From assembly GCA_965223335.1 (NCBI GenBank), contig OZ244991.1, positions 2,304,001-2,368,000 on the forward strand: 64,000 bases of DNA, written 5' to 3'. This document shows, piece by piece, positions 1-9,956 of the stretch. Position numbers and translations under genes: made by a program. The stretch is from Thermodesulfobacteriota bacterium. GTDB taxonomy: Bacteria > Desulfobacterota_D > UBA1144 > Nemesobacterales > UBA2774. Numbering within the stretch: the first letter of the stretch is position 1; every line of letters begins with the position of its first letter. A model generated the notes under the pieces. It ran no database searches. It had not been told where the DNA came from and saw nothing but the letters and a program-made list of their open reading frames with translations.

Positions 1-111
1 GGGGATGTTAACCTCAACATCCCCATTCTCCCCCCGCATCCGACCCAGCTTCACCCAGTTGTCATATGATTTCAGGCACTTAAGTAGCTTTATCAAACCC
101 AAAAAGGGCAT

Positions 112-140
112 AAAAAAAGGAGGCCGAAGCCTCCTTTTTT
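112..140. terminator. Bidirectional rho-independent terminator
   Basis: A7-GGAGGC-cgaa-GCCTCC-T6 hairpin. Confidence 0.8.
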
Positions 141-345
141 CTTCCAGACCCGTGGAGATCCGTATTCACACCTAATTCCATCATCCTCTAGTCTTCCGGT
201 CGCCGCTGTTCGCGTTCGAGCCCTGTTATCTCCATAACAGTTATCGTTCCACCTAAACTCGAATTAATTTATTCAATAATTCCAGGGCTTAAACCGCAAG
301 TCCCATCATCATTCTTTAAGTTATCTCCTCTACTACTTTAACTTT
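112..345 (-). ncRNA. Candidate GGA-rich sRNA (CsrB/RsmZ-like)
   Basis: TTGACA (381-376) and -10-like box (358-351) upstream; about 11 GGA motifs; GGAG-loop hairpin 223-240; ends in terminator; no long ORF. Confidence 0.35.
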
Positions 346-439
346 GATATATTATATATCAAAATCACACCACTTTGTCAAGTAGTCTCAAAAATTATAT
401 TCAAATGTTTGTTGGAGTGAATGATGATTCAGCTAAATA

Positions 440-685
440 TTATTTCCAGAATTCTTCTTTCGGAATACCCAATCTGCGCAAGCAAGCATCTATAGTACCT
501 ACTCTTAAGACATCATTATCACTATGATGTTTAATCGGGTATGTAGGACCTTTGTTACTCCCCGGTTCTGTTGGTCTAAGTAAGACAATTTCGCTACCTT
601 TACCCCTTCCCTTAATTATCTGCACATTGTACTTTTTTAGCTTTTTGAATAATTCTCGAAACCGCAGTGGACGTGCTCTAGCCAT
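440..685 (-). CDS. hicA: HicA-family toxin (type II TA)
   Basis: 81 aa basic protein with GKGS...YPIKHH...VGTIDACLRRLGI pattern; adjacent to HicB-like gene. Confidence 0.7.
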   Translation of the reverse strand: MARARPLRFRELFKKLKKYNVQIIKGRGKGSEIVLLRPTEPGSNKGPTYPIKHHSDNDVLRVGTIDACLRRLGIPKEEFWK

Positions 686-769
686 AACAACTCTAATAGT
701 TGGTTATTATGGTTTTGTCAATAAACGATGAATTAATAGACTAGTGATTTAATGTCGGATGGAATATTT

Positions 770-1105
770 TTATAAGTGATCAACTACATCACTTTGCCAC
801 TTGATGATGTTCCATATGAAATTCTTGTCAATATCATGGAACTCATTTTGTGTAGTTTCATCATCATAAGGTGTAGCATTGTCTTTTAAAGCCCAGTATT
901 TATCTGGTGCACGATGATAAAAATAGTCCCAGTTGTCATTCTCGATAGTATATTCGACATGTGCTTTAATAAGATCCTCAATGTCACACCTCGCCTGCTC
1001 CATCGTGTTTGCGCTTGTTACAATATCGAGTTGTAGACAATGAGCAACAAACTGATTATCTTCTCTGTAAAATACTACATCTAATTTGATTGTTTGTTCA
1101 GCCAT
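770..1105 (-). CDS. hicB: HicB-like antitoxin
   Basis: VVFYREDNQFVAHCLQLDIVTSANTMEQA, the HicB N-terminal pattern. Confidence 0.7.
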   Translation of the reverse strand: MAEQTIKLDVVFYREDNQFVAHCLQLDIVTSANTMEQARCDIEDLIKAHVEYTIENDNWDYFYHRAPDKYWALKDNATPYDDETTQNEFHDIDKNFIWNIIKWQSDVVDHL

Positions 1106-1312
1106 AGTTATTTATGAAGCATTAACTCTACCAACTTGATCAAGTTGGTATATGTTAATTTTTACATCAAAGCATGTGAACAGTCAAGACAGATTAACAA
1201 CATATCGAATATATATTTAACGATAACAGGTGGTTATGTAGTTTGCAGCAAATGATGAATAGATTCAGTCAATTGATCATATTCAATTTATTAGATGTAA
1301 TTGATTTCCCCC

Positions 1313-1591
1313 TCAAATAGTCTTCCCACTATCCACCCTTGCCTGCATATCCTGCGTAAACTGCTTAGCATCCCCACTGGCTTTGCTGCGCTTCGACTCC
1401 CGCTCCTGAGCACGAAGGGCAAACTCCCTCCATATCTCGTCGAGCCCTACAATAATCAGAAAGGCCCTACTCCGCCGGTAATTCTCAAACTCAAACTCTC
1501 GCAAGTTGTTCCAAATCTCTGAATGCACCAGCGTCCCCACGGTCATACCCTGTCCATAGCGCTGCGACTGGCAAAGCTGCCAGAGCCCCAT
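1313..1591 (-). CDS. Tail assembly chaperone, gpT-like C-terminal part (likely expressed by -1 frameshift)
   Basis: Frame is open from about 1860 to 1313 and is -1 relative to the upstream ORF; LWQLCQSQ...G...LDEIW pattern. Confidence 0.65.
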   Translation of the reverse strand: MGLWQLCQSQRYGQGMTVGTLVHSEIWNNLREFEFENYRRSRAFLIIVGLDEIWREFALRAQERESKRSKASGDAKQFTQDMQARVDSGKTI

Positions 1592-1737
1592 CCACTCCTG
1601 CTCCTGCGGTGCCAGGCCCGTGATTATCGCCTCCGTGTCGGCTTTTGCCCTCTTGAGCGCACGCAGCTCTCCCGCATCCGATTTATCAAAGGGCAGTTTG
1701 TTCTTTCGTCTAAGCCGCTTTTTGTCTTCTAGGGTTT

Positions 1738-2307
1738 CTATGCGTCTTCCGACGGCTTCGTGGGAGTATCGTCTTTTTTCTTTTTGGAAACGTACTTCGT
1801 ATCCTTCGTAGATCCGCTCGAAGTATCTTCTACACGAGGCGTAAAATTTTCCTCATCGCGTTTTTCCTCCTTATTCACCTTCCCCGCAATAAGTTCATAG
1901 CTCGTGCGGAAATTACTCAGCAAAAAAGACGACTTGCAGAACTCCGTATACAGCCACTCCTTGGTGCGCTTGTCATAAAGCACCCTCTCCCCCTGGTCCG
2001 TAAGCCCCATCACATCCTGCACCAGGTTATAGACCAGAAATTTCGCAGCCTTCTTCGGGTCCCCGCCCAAAATTTTGAAACTCTTATCCTCCACGGTCAG
2101 GTCCTGTGTCAAATCCCTTATCTGGCTTAGCCTCGCCACGGTAGGGTAAGGGCACTTAAACCCTATCTCCTTCCACCCCTCGTCATAAGTGACCCACTCA
2201 CCACTCTCATTCTGGTAAGTGGGCCAGTCCTCGTCCTCAATCTCATTATACGGATATATCGTCACGTAATTGCTCACGTGCTTTGTCAAACTCGATAATT
2301 CCGGCAT
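1738..2307 (-). CDS. Tail assembly chaperone (gpG-like)
   Basis: Directly downstream of tail tube gene; slippery site A-AAT-TTT at 1849-1843. Confidence 0.65.
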   Translation of the reverse strand: MPELSSLTKHVSNYVTIYPYNEIEDEDWPTYQNESGEWVTYDEGWKEIGFKCPYPTVARLSQIRDLTQDLTVEDKSFKILGGDPKKAAKFLVYNLVQDVMGLTDQGERVLYDKRTKEWLYTEFCKSSFLLSNFRTSYELIAGKVNKEEKRDEENFTPRVEDTSSGSTKDTKYVSKKKKDDTPTKPSEDA

Positions 2308-2371
2308 ACATCCCCCTCCTCACTCTCTAGTGTTATTTAATTATTAGGTTTTTGTCAGTATTGGTTAATTC

Positions 2372-3856
2372 CTATGATACGCTCTCAAGCACGTACTCAA
2401 GTGTAGGCTGGTTGTTCTTCACCGTCACACGCACGTCTGTTCCCGTCACAGTATCCAACCTGCCCAAGAAGCTCTTATCGTCCGTTACCGGATCTTTCGA
2501 GCCCACTCCCGGGTGCGGCTGCCCCTCGAACTTAGCCTTTGGAATATACACACCCACCTGGTGGTTATTGTCCCCGATGTAGGTCCAGGTAAAGTCAAGC
2601 TCTGTCTCTGTACCGGCTACGGTCTTCTCTGCAAACTGCTGCGTTTCGTACTGGTATGTAAACGACCCGCTCACAGAACCCTCACCTGGCGTAATAGCAC
2701 CTTTTAGCGGCGAGCCCACCACAAAATTACCCTGCATCGTGTTCTCGATCACCACACTCAGGTTCTCAAACTGGTTCGTTACCTGCTCCGTGTCATCCAC
2801 GCTCACCTTTGCCTCCCAGTGCGCATATGGGATGTGCTCAATCGAGTTCGGTGTACCGAATATGTTCTCAGATAGTATCTGGAAAGCCTTTGCCACAAAG
2901 TTCATGTTCATCGTCGGCAAATCGCTTGGGTCCACGTTAAGCGTCAGGTTGCTTGCTCTTCCGCCCCTAATCAGCACAATTGACTCAATATCAGCAAACC
3001 TAAGCATAAAACTCACACCCGCCGGCAGGTTCGTTCCCCTTATGACCGTGTGTGTGTAAGGCCCCGTCACCTCATCCACTACCTCCGAGTTTGCATGATC
3101 AAGCCTAAGACCGTTAGGATGATATGCTGTATCCAGCGGTATTGTTGTTCCACTAGGTGTGCCAGCTTTAATGATTTCTGCACCGCTCCCTGTTCCAACC
3201 TGTAGAAACATACCAGCCGTTATACCGGTCGCGCTTGTAACTTCGATACTTGTATCCCCTCTGGCCCCAGCTAATGATAGCGTAGTATTTGCCCCCGCAG
3301 CTGTAACACCTGTGGTCCCATAGTCACAGTTAAGCGCATGCATAAACATCATCCCTGCCGATGCCAGGTCAAGCTCAGCCACTATGTCCATCCCCGCGTC
3401 ATAGTTACCTTCTCTAAAGTTAGACAACACTCTCGTACCGCTAAGAGTCTGCGACCTGTGCAGATCCCTGCCCCCGGTCGGTGTAAACGACCTTATGTTC
3501 CCGAGCCTGTACCAGTCCCCCGTGGGGTCCACCTCTAGGATTGCCTCCCCACTTTCGTGCCTCAGGTTTATCTTGGTATTCGTATCAATCGCGACAGTCG
3601 TACCGCTTACATAGGTGCTGTCGACTATTACGAATTCCATATTGTTATCATTACCGATCCTAAGGATATCCCCGGCCGCAATGTTCGTATCAGAAGCAAC
3701 GACTATGGACGTCTCCCCTGGGTTTACTGCATCTGAAAGGGTAGTACTTGCCCCCCCGCCCACCGTAGTTGCAGGCGTTACACCGTTATCATATTCAATC
3801 TTATACCATACTTCCGCAGCAGACCCCGAGGCCTGCCCAACTGATCCCTGTGCCAT
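2372..3856 (-). CDS. Phage major tail tube protein with two inserted beta domains
   Basis: Tail-tube-like C-terminal half (GPYTHTV, LSVVIEN, VSGSFTY, IPKAKF); position before the chaperones. Confidence 0.7.
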   Translation of the reverse strand: MAQGSVGQASGSAAEVWYKIEYDNGVTPATTVGGGASTTLSDAVNPGETSIVVASDTNIAAGDILRIGNDNNMEFVIVDSTYVSGTTVAIDTNTKINLRHESGEAILEVDPTGDWYRLGNIRSFTPTGGRDLHRSQTLSGTRVLSNFREGNYDAGMDIVAELDLASAGMMFMHALNCDYGTTGVTAAGANTTLSLAGARGDTSIEVTSATGITAGMFLQVGTGSGAEIIKAGTPSGTTIPLDTAYHPNGLRLDHANSEVVDEVTGPYTHTVIRGTNLPAGVSFMLRFADIESIVLIRGGRASNLTLNVDPSDLPTMNMNFVAKAFQILSENIFGTPNSIEHIPYAHWEAKVSVDDTEQVTNQFENLSVVIENTMQGNFVVGSPLKGAITPGEGSVSGSFTYQYETQQFAEKTVAGTETELDFTWTYIGDNNHQVGVYIPKAKFEGQPHPGVGSKDPVTDDKSFLGRLDTVTGTDVRVTVKNNQPTLEYVLESVS

Positions 3857-3974
3857 CTATTTTACCTCCCGGTTTTTTTCTTTCTTTGTATGCTTGGTTT
3901 TAATTCTGGTGGGTTTAATTCTTAAATCTTTATCTATCCAACCCCAACTGCTACTGCCGTAAGCTACCTACATA

Positions 3975-4682
3975 TTATTGACAATATATGATCCTCGGGT
4001 GAGGCTCAACTGTAGTGCTATTGTTAGTAATAGCAATATTCTCCTTAAGCTCAACGTATTCTCTTATCATTGGTACATACCAACGCATACTATTAAGGAA
4101 ACAATTCGGAGAATAACCATTAGCTAAGGCATTGCGTTCATCGGCTGTTAGAGTCCTGTCCCATAATGCAGCCTCAGCCGAACGTCCATTCTGGTAAGAG
4201 TTACTCAGGTGTCTATTGAGAGCATAAAACGATATGTTAAAAGTGGATGCACCTTGGTTGGCATTAGTAGTTGATCCCTTTGACACACCATCTAAGAACA
4301 TCTCAAAAACATCACCGGATCGCTGCATATAGAAATGCACCCAGTCAGTGTTCGACCTAAAATATGTGTCACTAGACGATACACCCACAGCATCCGTATC
4401 GTCATCATCTAATTCAAACCTCATTACACCTTCACCACCACCTGACCCATATATAAAAACCTCAAGTTGAAACTCATCAAAATCCAAAACATAAGAACGT
4501 AAGCCTGTATCAGCATCTCGCTGAATCCAAATACTAAGTGACCAATCCCCGTCAGGGAAATCTAATGCTGCATTGTCTGCAAATGTGAAGTTTTCTCCAG
4601 AGGCATCAGATAAGAATGCAGCCTCGGAAGAGCTTGCAAATACAAATACGAAAAGTAAGAGTATTAATATATATTTTTTCAT
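3975..4682 (-). CDS. LamG/concanavalin A-like domain protein with signal peptide
   Basis: WSLSIWI, WVHFYMQRSG..FLDGV, AALWDRTLT motifs; hydrophobic N-terminus. Confidence 0.7.
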   Translation of the reverse strand: MKKYILILLLFVFVFASSSEAAFLSDASGENFTFADNAALDFPDGDWSLSIWIQRDADTGLRSYVLDFDEFQLEVFIYGSGGGEGVMRFELDDDDTDAVGVSSSDTYFRSNTDWVHFYMQRSGDVFEMFLDGVSKGSTTNANQGASTFNISFYALNRHLSNSYQNGRSAEAALWDRTLTADERNALANGYSPNCFLNSMRWYVPMIREYVELKENIAITNNSTTVEPHPRIIYCQ

Positions 4683-6109
4683 TATTGATTCCTTATTTCC
4701 AATGCAACCAACTCGGCATCACCAGTTGCAGTATCGCTGGTAGCATCTCTGGTAAGTTTTATTCTACATGCTTCACCAGCCGAGCAGCTGTCCATCTGCG
4801 CCCCGTCAGTAAAAGAAATAGAAATAACGTCTACATTGCCCGAGGTAGCGGGGACAGTTGTATTGTCTAAACTCAGAGCAGTAGCAAAACTATCTGTATC
4901 CAAGTCTTGTTGTTGATCACCTATCCGCTCAAATGCTACATCCCAATCTATATCACCGGTTGTTGCAGATGTCATGGCGTAATGTATATAAACAGTCACC
5001 CCACCAGATGTATAGTTCTGTGGCATAACAAAGCTAAAGACCGTATCCTCATTAGTTGTATCGTCAAAATCTAGAACAGGATGTGAGTTACGTAAATCAT
5101 TAGTTGCAAAATTAGATGCAGGAGGTTGTCCTTGTTTTGGATTAAACGAAACTAAAGTGGCAATCTCTGTACCTAAAGCAACTATAGTCTTAGTTCCATT
5201 ATTACAAGCTTTCCAATGTGTCTCAGATAAATCAGCAAATAGTTTATACTCACCTGCATTACAGAAAGGATCAGTATCATCATCGGTAAGCTCCAGATAA
5301 CCACCCCCTAACCTGTCCCCAACATCTATGTCATCACCCACTGTGATATCGGTCTCTACATTTAAAGTTGCTCCACCTGTTCCGACATTCCATAAGTCAA
5401 TTTCTTCTAATCCTGTTGTGTTAGCCTCAACTCGTAAATCGTTATCTGTATCTTCTACAAACACATCAAACTGAGTACCTGTTTCAGGCAAAAAGGTTAT
5501 TTTTGGTGAATCTCCAGTTGAATCATCTACAGTAACTGCCCCTGTCATTGTCCCCCCGCTAAGTGGCAGGTAGTTAGACGTAGTGATGGTATCCGGCACA
5601 TCCGCATCTGTAATAGCCGAGCATGTCAGGTTCCCACTAGCGTCAATCGTTGTCGCATACTGGTTAGCACCGCAATCTGTGGGGTTCGTGGCTAAAGCTG
5701 TTGCAGCATCAATCGTAATGTCATTAGGCACATCCGCATCTGTAATAGCCGAGCATGTCAGGTTCCCGCTCGCATCTATCGTGGTCGCATATTGATTAGC
5801 ACTACAGTCAGTCGGATTTGTAGCCAGAGCTGTTGCAGCATCACAAGTCGGCCAATTGTTGCCCAGATTGATCAGCATCTTATCTGCCGAGGGCTCTGTA
5901 AACACACTGTTCGTGTCCCCAGTCGTTGCAATCTCTAAAATGCCAGTGGATTCGTTGCTGGCATCATCACCTAGGTCAAGCGCAGCGGACGAGCCACTAC
6001 CCCCGCCCCCTCCCGGGGCCGGATCATTGTTAAGCGGATCCACCACTATTTGCGCATTGGCATATGCTGCCAACAAAACAAGCACTAGTGTTATGAAAAA
6101 TTTATGCAC
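4682..6109 (-). CDS. Phage fibre/decoration-like protein with signal peptide and internal 44-aa repeat
   Basis: T/D/G-rich; DAATALATNPTDC..TIDASGNLTCSAITDADVP occurs twice. Confidence 0.6.
   Translation of the reverse strand: MHKFFITLVLVLLAAYANAQIVVDPLNNDPAPGGGGGSGSSAALDLGDDASNESTGILEIATTGDTNSVFTEPSADKMLINLGNNWPTCDAATALATNPTDCSANQYATTIDASGNLTCSAITDADVPNDITIDAATALATNPTDCGANQYATTIDASGNLTCSAITDADVPDTITTSNYLPLSGGTMTGAVTVDDSTGDSPKITFLPETGTQFDVFVEDTDNDLRVEANTTGLEEIDLWNVGTGGATLNVETDITVGDDIDVGDRLGGGYLELTDDDTDPFCNAGEYKLFADLSETHWKACNNGTKTIVALGTEIATLVSFNPKQGQPPASNFATNDLRNSHPVLDFDDTTNEDTVFSFVMPQNYTSGGVTVYIHYAMTSATTGDIDWDVAFERIGDQQQDLDTDSFATALSLDNTTVPATSGNVDVISISFTDGAQMDSCSAGEACRIKLTRDATSDTATGDAELVALEIRNQ
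5590..5845 (-). repeat. Intragenic tandem repeat (2 x 132 bp)
   Basis: Duplicated 44-codon unit in ORF 4682-6109. Confidence 0.8.
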
Positions 6110-6192
6110 TTTTCTACATTTCCCCCTTATGAGAATATGAAACTGCTTATTAATACTCCTATGTTATGTATGCACTAAAGGTGTTTAGGATC

Positions 6193-8052
6193 CTACCTAT
6201 CCAACCCCAACTTTGATTGCCTTAAATAATCAACATCGTATGACTTTGTTTCGGCAGCCGACGCTGTGATATATGTTGCATTGACGAGGTCGGCTGCTGT
6301 TGGGCCGGGCAGATCTGTCGTATGTGTGCATTCAAGCACAAAATCTCCATCATTAACAGACACATAAAACTCAATATCACTCGAATTTCTAACTATTAAA
6401 TAGTGATACCAATTACTTGTTGAGATTGCTAAACCCGTATCCGTGATCGTTTGCCCTGCTTCACCGGTCCCGTCCCTTGTTATACAGTGTATATTTCCAT
6501 CCCTAGTGGAATCATGCTCAAAGAAAGCCATGTAAGTATCATTGATATCATCTGTGTCCGAGAAAGCTCCAAATCCAAATACCTGGTTTGTAGTTTGGTC
6601 TACTCTTATACTTCCCTCAACGATCCATCCAGTACCTAGTAAAACCAGTTGTGTTGTAGAAGAACAAAGAGCAAGGTTAGCACCTGAAAAATTATTTAGT
6701 GTGCCGTCAGTTGTTGCTTGGTAAACTCCTGGTATTTCTACTTCTGGAGCAACTGCTACACCTCCATTACCCACTAAGCATAAAGAACCGTGGTCCGATT
6801 GGCCGCCAAAATCCTGCTCTACCCACAAATCTGAATACATACCTATACCACCAAAGGGCACCAGCTCGTAAAACCCATGGTTATTCCTACACAAGTACGT
6901 CTGCCCCGTCGGATTACTCGTCCCATGCACATATGTAATCTGCCCCTCAGTAGCGCTATCACATGTAGGCAGCGAAGTAGCCGTATCCAGCCTGGTATCA
7001 GCAGTTGTATTTATTGTCTCATCCAGCGGGATTGTGGCATTCTGCACCGTCCCCCCGCTATCTTTGAGCTTAAACACCAACTCATCATTCGTCTCGTCTA
7101 TCCAGGGGTTTACTTGAGTATTACTTATTGAGCCATCTGTGAGGGCTGTACTCTCAGCATAAAACTTTAAGTTAGTATCGGGATCACCAATAAGGGTGCT
7201 GTCAGTACTATCTAAATAGATTAAACTTTGAAAACTATTACTGCTATCATATTGCTTGATCCAATCATCATTATTAGCTTGCTTTAGGAATTCAGCACCT
7301 GACCCTACATATATCGTATTACCAAAAATATCTAGATAAGTAGTAGATTGGGTAGGGTTCATAAATGTAACTCTATTGGTTGTAAATCGTACGGTATCAA
7401 AAGAAACATCTTTATTTATCGTGTAATTCATAAAGCCGCTTGTATTAACACCAGCCGATGATCTATAAGCACCTAAAGTAATAACATGGGAGTTACTATT
7501 AACATCCATTTCCAATTGGAATACTGACAAAGCATCTTTAGTATTATCAAATGCCCCACTATGAGATTTTGCATTATAGCCCATGTTATAAAACAATCTG
7601 TTCGCAGATGGTGCTTGATCTATATAGGAATAAGAAAAGATAAACTCCCCAGCGTTAGCATCTAGAGGAGTGCTATCCACATACCACAATTTCTTTGGGG
7701 TCGTTTGCGCTAACGGAGCACCTATATTTTCGAATGATAAACCAGTGTCAGCTCCATCAATCGATAATGAAGATAAAACCCTAGTGTCATTAACACTAGA
7801 TTCCCCAATCACTATGTCATCAGCGCTGTCCAAATGCATCAAGTTATAGTAAGCACTGTTCGCAGCATTCCTCTGCTCAAGCCACTGGTAGTTGTTTGTG
7901 CTTTGCTGAAGTGTAAAATCTATGACACCACCCTCAAAAGTCCCCCCTCCCCCTCCCGGGGCCGGGTCATTGTTAAGCGGGTCCACTACAATCTGCGCAT
8001 TGGCATATGCTGCCAACAAAACAAGCACTAGTGTTATGAAGAAATTACGCAC
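6193..8052 (-). CDS. Phage fibre-like protein with signal peptide
   Basis: N-terminal ~38 aa nearly identical to ORF 4682-6109; lectin-like C-terminus. Confidence 0.6.
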   Translation of the reverse strand: MRNFFITLVLVLLAAYANAQIVVDPLNNDPAPGGGGGTFEGGVIDFTLQQSTNNYQWLEQRNAANSAYYNLMHLDSADDIVIGESSVNDTRVLSSLSIDGADTGLSFENIGAPLAQTTPKKLWYVDSTPLDANAGEFIFSYSYIDQAPSANRLFYNMGYNAKSHSGAFDNTKDALSVFQLEMDVNSNSHVITLGAYRSSAGVNTSGFMNYTINKDVSFDTVRFTTNRVTFMNPTQSTTYLDIFGNTIYVGSGAEFLKQANNDDWIKQYDSSNSFQSLIYLDSTDSTLIGDPDTNLKFYAESTALTDGSISNTQVNPWIDETNDELVFKLKDSGGTVQNATIPLDETINTTADTRLDTATSLPTCDSATEGQITYVHGTSNPTGQTYLCRNNHGFYELVPFGGIGMYSDLWVEQDFGGQSDHGSLCLVGNGGVAVAPEVEIPGVYQATTDGTLNNFSGANLALCSSTTQLVLLGTGWIVEGSIRVDQTTNQVFGFGAFSDTDDINDTYMAFFEHDSTRDGNIHCITRDGTGEAGQTITDTGLAISTSNWYHYLIVRNSSDIEFYVSVNDGDFVLECTHTTDLPGPTAADLVNATYITASAAETKSYDVDYLRQSKLGLDR

Positions 8053-8054
8053 TG

Positions 8055-8465
8055 TTATTTATCCCCTCTTATTCCCAGATGAAACTCGGTCTGTCCCACA
8101 GGGCCGTTTGTGTATATCACCCGCACGCATTTTCCCGCACGTCGTATCTCGTATGCACCCTCACCCGCTCCCGTGTCGTATGTATCAGGTGGCGATTCAT
8201 AGTGCACGTCCACCGTGCCTGCGGTGTTGCAGTCCTCCTGGTCACTCTGTTGTATCTGCACACCATCTGCAGCACTCGGCTGGTCCGAATAGATCATTAC
8301 GGTTATCTCCTTATACCAGATCGCCAGGTACCACGGGCTCGTATACGTATCTGTAGCAATAAGTGTGTTTGTTTCCGCCTCACCAATCCTGTCGCTTACG
8401 GCTATAGCCTGAGCGGCAAACACCGACATCATGACTAGTAAAAATATTGTTATGATTGTTTTCAT
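8055..8465 (-). CDS. Hypothetical secreted protein in virion gene block
   Basis: Signal peptide MKTIITIFLLVMMSVFAAQAIA; tight operon spacing. Confidence 0.65.
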   Translation of the reverse strand: MKTIITIFLLVMMSVFAAQAIAVSDRIGEAETNTLIATDTYTSPWYLAIWYKEITVMIYSDQPSAADGVQIQQSDQEDCNTAGTVDVHYESPPDTYDTGAGEGAYEIRRAGKCVRVIYTNGPVGQTEFHLGIRGDK

Positions 8466-8469
8466 TGTT

Positions 8470-8787
8470 CTATTTGACCAGCTGGTCTATGACCTCCAAT
8501 TTAATATGTTCTTCCTTCACAAACGGTACGGGTGTAATAGTCAGGTTCTTTATCTCCACCCCAAGCACATTGGGCCCCGACTTAAGCCCCCCTGTCTCGG
8601 TGGGGGTAAGCTGTACCAGGAAGTACCTGCTGTCCCCCGACTTATCCGTCACTTGGCGGCTTACAGCTGTGCCCTGCACCGTAATGTTGCACTCATAATT
8701 CGCATCAAGTGACGACTCCCCCTCCACACCCACTTTAAACAAGGGGCTCGTATTACCCTTTATCACCTCATATGTCTTCGGCATCAT
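8470..8787 (-). CDS. Hypothetical phage protein (small beta-sandwich-like)
   Basis: Coupled ORF in the operon. Confidence 0.55.
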   Translation of the reverse strand: MMPKTYEVIKGNTSPLFKVGVEGESSLDANYECNITVQGTAVSRQVTDKSGDSRYFLVQLTPTETGGLKSGPNVLGVEIKNLTITPVPFVKEEHIKLEVIDQLVK

Positions 8788-9020
8788 TTAACCTCTATTT
8801 CGTCTTCTGAAACATCTAGATCCAAGAGCTTCTCATCCGCGTCCAACTCGATCTCTATGGTGTTAACAGCTATATCCACGCTCATTACATCGGTATCCAA
8901 ACCCAGCACCTCCTCAGCCACAGCTATATCCAGCGGCACGGCCCCGTTTATAAACACCTGTGTTGTACCGCCCCCCGAGCCGCCTGTACCCACTCCCATC
9001 CCGCTAGCAAATACCGGCAT
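8784..9020 (-). CDS. Hypothetical acidic phage protein
   Basis: Overlapping start/stop with neighbours. Confidence 0.55.
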   Translation of the reverse strand: MPVFASGMGVGTGGSGGGTTQVFINGAVPLDIAVAEEVLGLDTDVMSVDIAVNTIEIELDADEKLLDLDVSEDEIEVK

Positions 9021-9583
9021 CAGATAGGCTCCTCCGAGTGCACCCCGTCTGTGGCGTCATAGGTATTAGTGAAACTATCGTCTGTATAGGCCTGCGTCTG
9101 CTCCAGCACCGTCACCCCGTCGTCGTCATAGATCGTGTGTATCCCCGTGGTCTTATCGAGTTTCTTTTTATTACGCTGGCGTTTACTCATAAGGTCCAGT
9201 GTAGTGAGCACTCCCTCAACCGACACCAGCCCGGCAGAGTTAAACGGCCTTATCGATACCTGATTCACGTTTGTAACATCGGCGATGTTGCTGTTCGCAC
9301 CCACGAGGTTCACGGCATACTGTCCGTCCTCAAATGTCACCGTGTACCCGTTTATGATCTCCACAACCCTGGCCAGCGTAAACCCGCTGATATTTACCGG
9401 AGGGTTGTGCGAGTGGGTGTCCAGATACGACATACCCTCGGTGCTAGCCTCAAGGCCCTTTAGCTCCAAACGAAAGTCGTTAATATCCAGCTCCCTTATC
9501 TCAGTAGGGCTCGACTGCACCAACGTCATGTCCGCTTTGGGTACGTTTATAACCTTAGTCGCCCAGTCTATCGTTATCGCCAC
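9020..9583 (-). CDS. Hypothetical phage structural protein
   Basis: 187 aa coupled ORF with beta-rich N-terminus. Confidence 0.6.
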   Translation of the reverse strand: MAITIDWATKVINVPKADMTLVQSSPTEIRELDINDFRLELKGLEASTEGMSYLDTHSHNPPVNISGFTLARVVEIINGYTVTFEDGQYAVNLVGANSNIADVTNVNQVSIRPFNSAGLVSVEGVLTTLDLMSKRQRNKKKLDKTTGIHTIYDDDGVTVLEQTQAYTDDSFTNTYDATDGVHSEEPI

Positions 9584-9956
9584 GCCTGTTAAGCTCCTCG
9601 ATCACTTCGTCTTGTGTTTTTATCCTGTATCTAAGCGCCTGGATCTCTTCTATGTACTTATTCTTAATATCGTTGTCTTCAGTGATTGTTGTACGCATAA
9701 TCTCTTTGTTGATCTCAAGTGCTTTATCTAAACCCTCGATCTGCTTATTCAGTGTCACCACCTGATCCGCAAGCTCGTTGCGCTCTTTCTGCATTAAATC
9801 AAGCGCATGGTTAAGAGAGCTTGCCAGCTCGTGCAGGTGCTTGACCTGCACCGGGTAATCCATCTCCTTAAACTTCTCGCCCAGGGTAATAAGGGGCCCC
9901 GTCTTATCAGCCCCATTTGCCTGAACCTTAAAATGCGATGTATCGTTTTCACTCAT
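9555..9956 (-). CDS. Coiled-coil phage protein
   Basis: Heptad-rich E/K/L sequence; coupled ORF. Confidence 0.6.
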   Translation of the reverse strand: MSENDTSHFKVQANGADKTGPLITLGEKFKEMDYPVQVKHLHELASSLNHALDLMQKERNELADQVVTLNKQIEGLDKALEINKEIMRTTITEDNDIKNKYIEEIQALRYRIKTQDEVIEELNRRGDNDRLGD

